DNA of 64,000 nucleotides from Octopus sinensis. Its lineage: Eukaryota. Shown one piece after another: positions 63,990-64,000 of this stretch; positions within the stretch are counted from its first letter, which is position 1, and each line of letters opens with the position of its first letter. The notes beneath the pieces are model-generated. The model searched no databases. It was not told the origin of the DNA and saw nothing but the letters and a program-made list of their open reading frames with translations. The stretch spans positions 110,422,001 through 110,486,000 of the forward strand of contig NC_043001.1 in the NCBI RefSeq assembly GCF_006345805.1, written 5' to 3'. A program made the translations under genes and the position numbers.

Positions 63990-64000
63990 TTTCTACAATG

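Overview
Very AT-rich, microsatellite-saturated eukaryotic DNA that is mostly intergenic or intronic. The SINE and LINE families and repeat density resemble Octopus (coleoid cephalopod) DNA; this is an inference, not verified. No intact multi-exon gene is supportable, and almost all ORF-track entries are translated microsatellites or antisense to repeats. Recognisable content: four tRNA-derived SINE families (about 35 copies, many in tandem or nested); a 3.2-kb decayed CR1-like LINE; four pieces of a Tx1-like LINE, all next to (TCTA)n; Penelope-like RT and GIY-YIG fragments; RTE and R4/Dong fragments; a 1289-bp mariner with TIRs plus three other Tc1/mariner fragments; one candidate first coding exon (48203); and a possible decayed GPCR pseudogene. 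Most interesting: (i) a near-canonical type I hammerhead ribozyme downstream of the Penelope endonuclease; (ii) a (TA)n-associated ~200-bp repeat family with an A6U-variant hammerhead fold; (iii) a (TCTA)n-associated Tx1 whose 3' end is shared with a SINE; (iv) SINE concatemers with a recurring palindromic junction.
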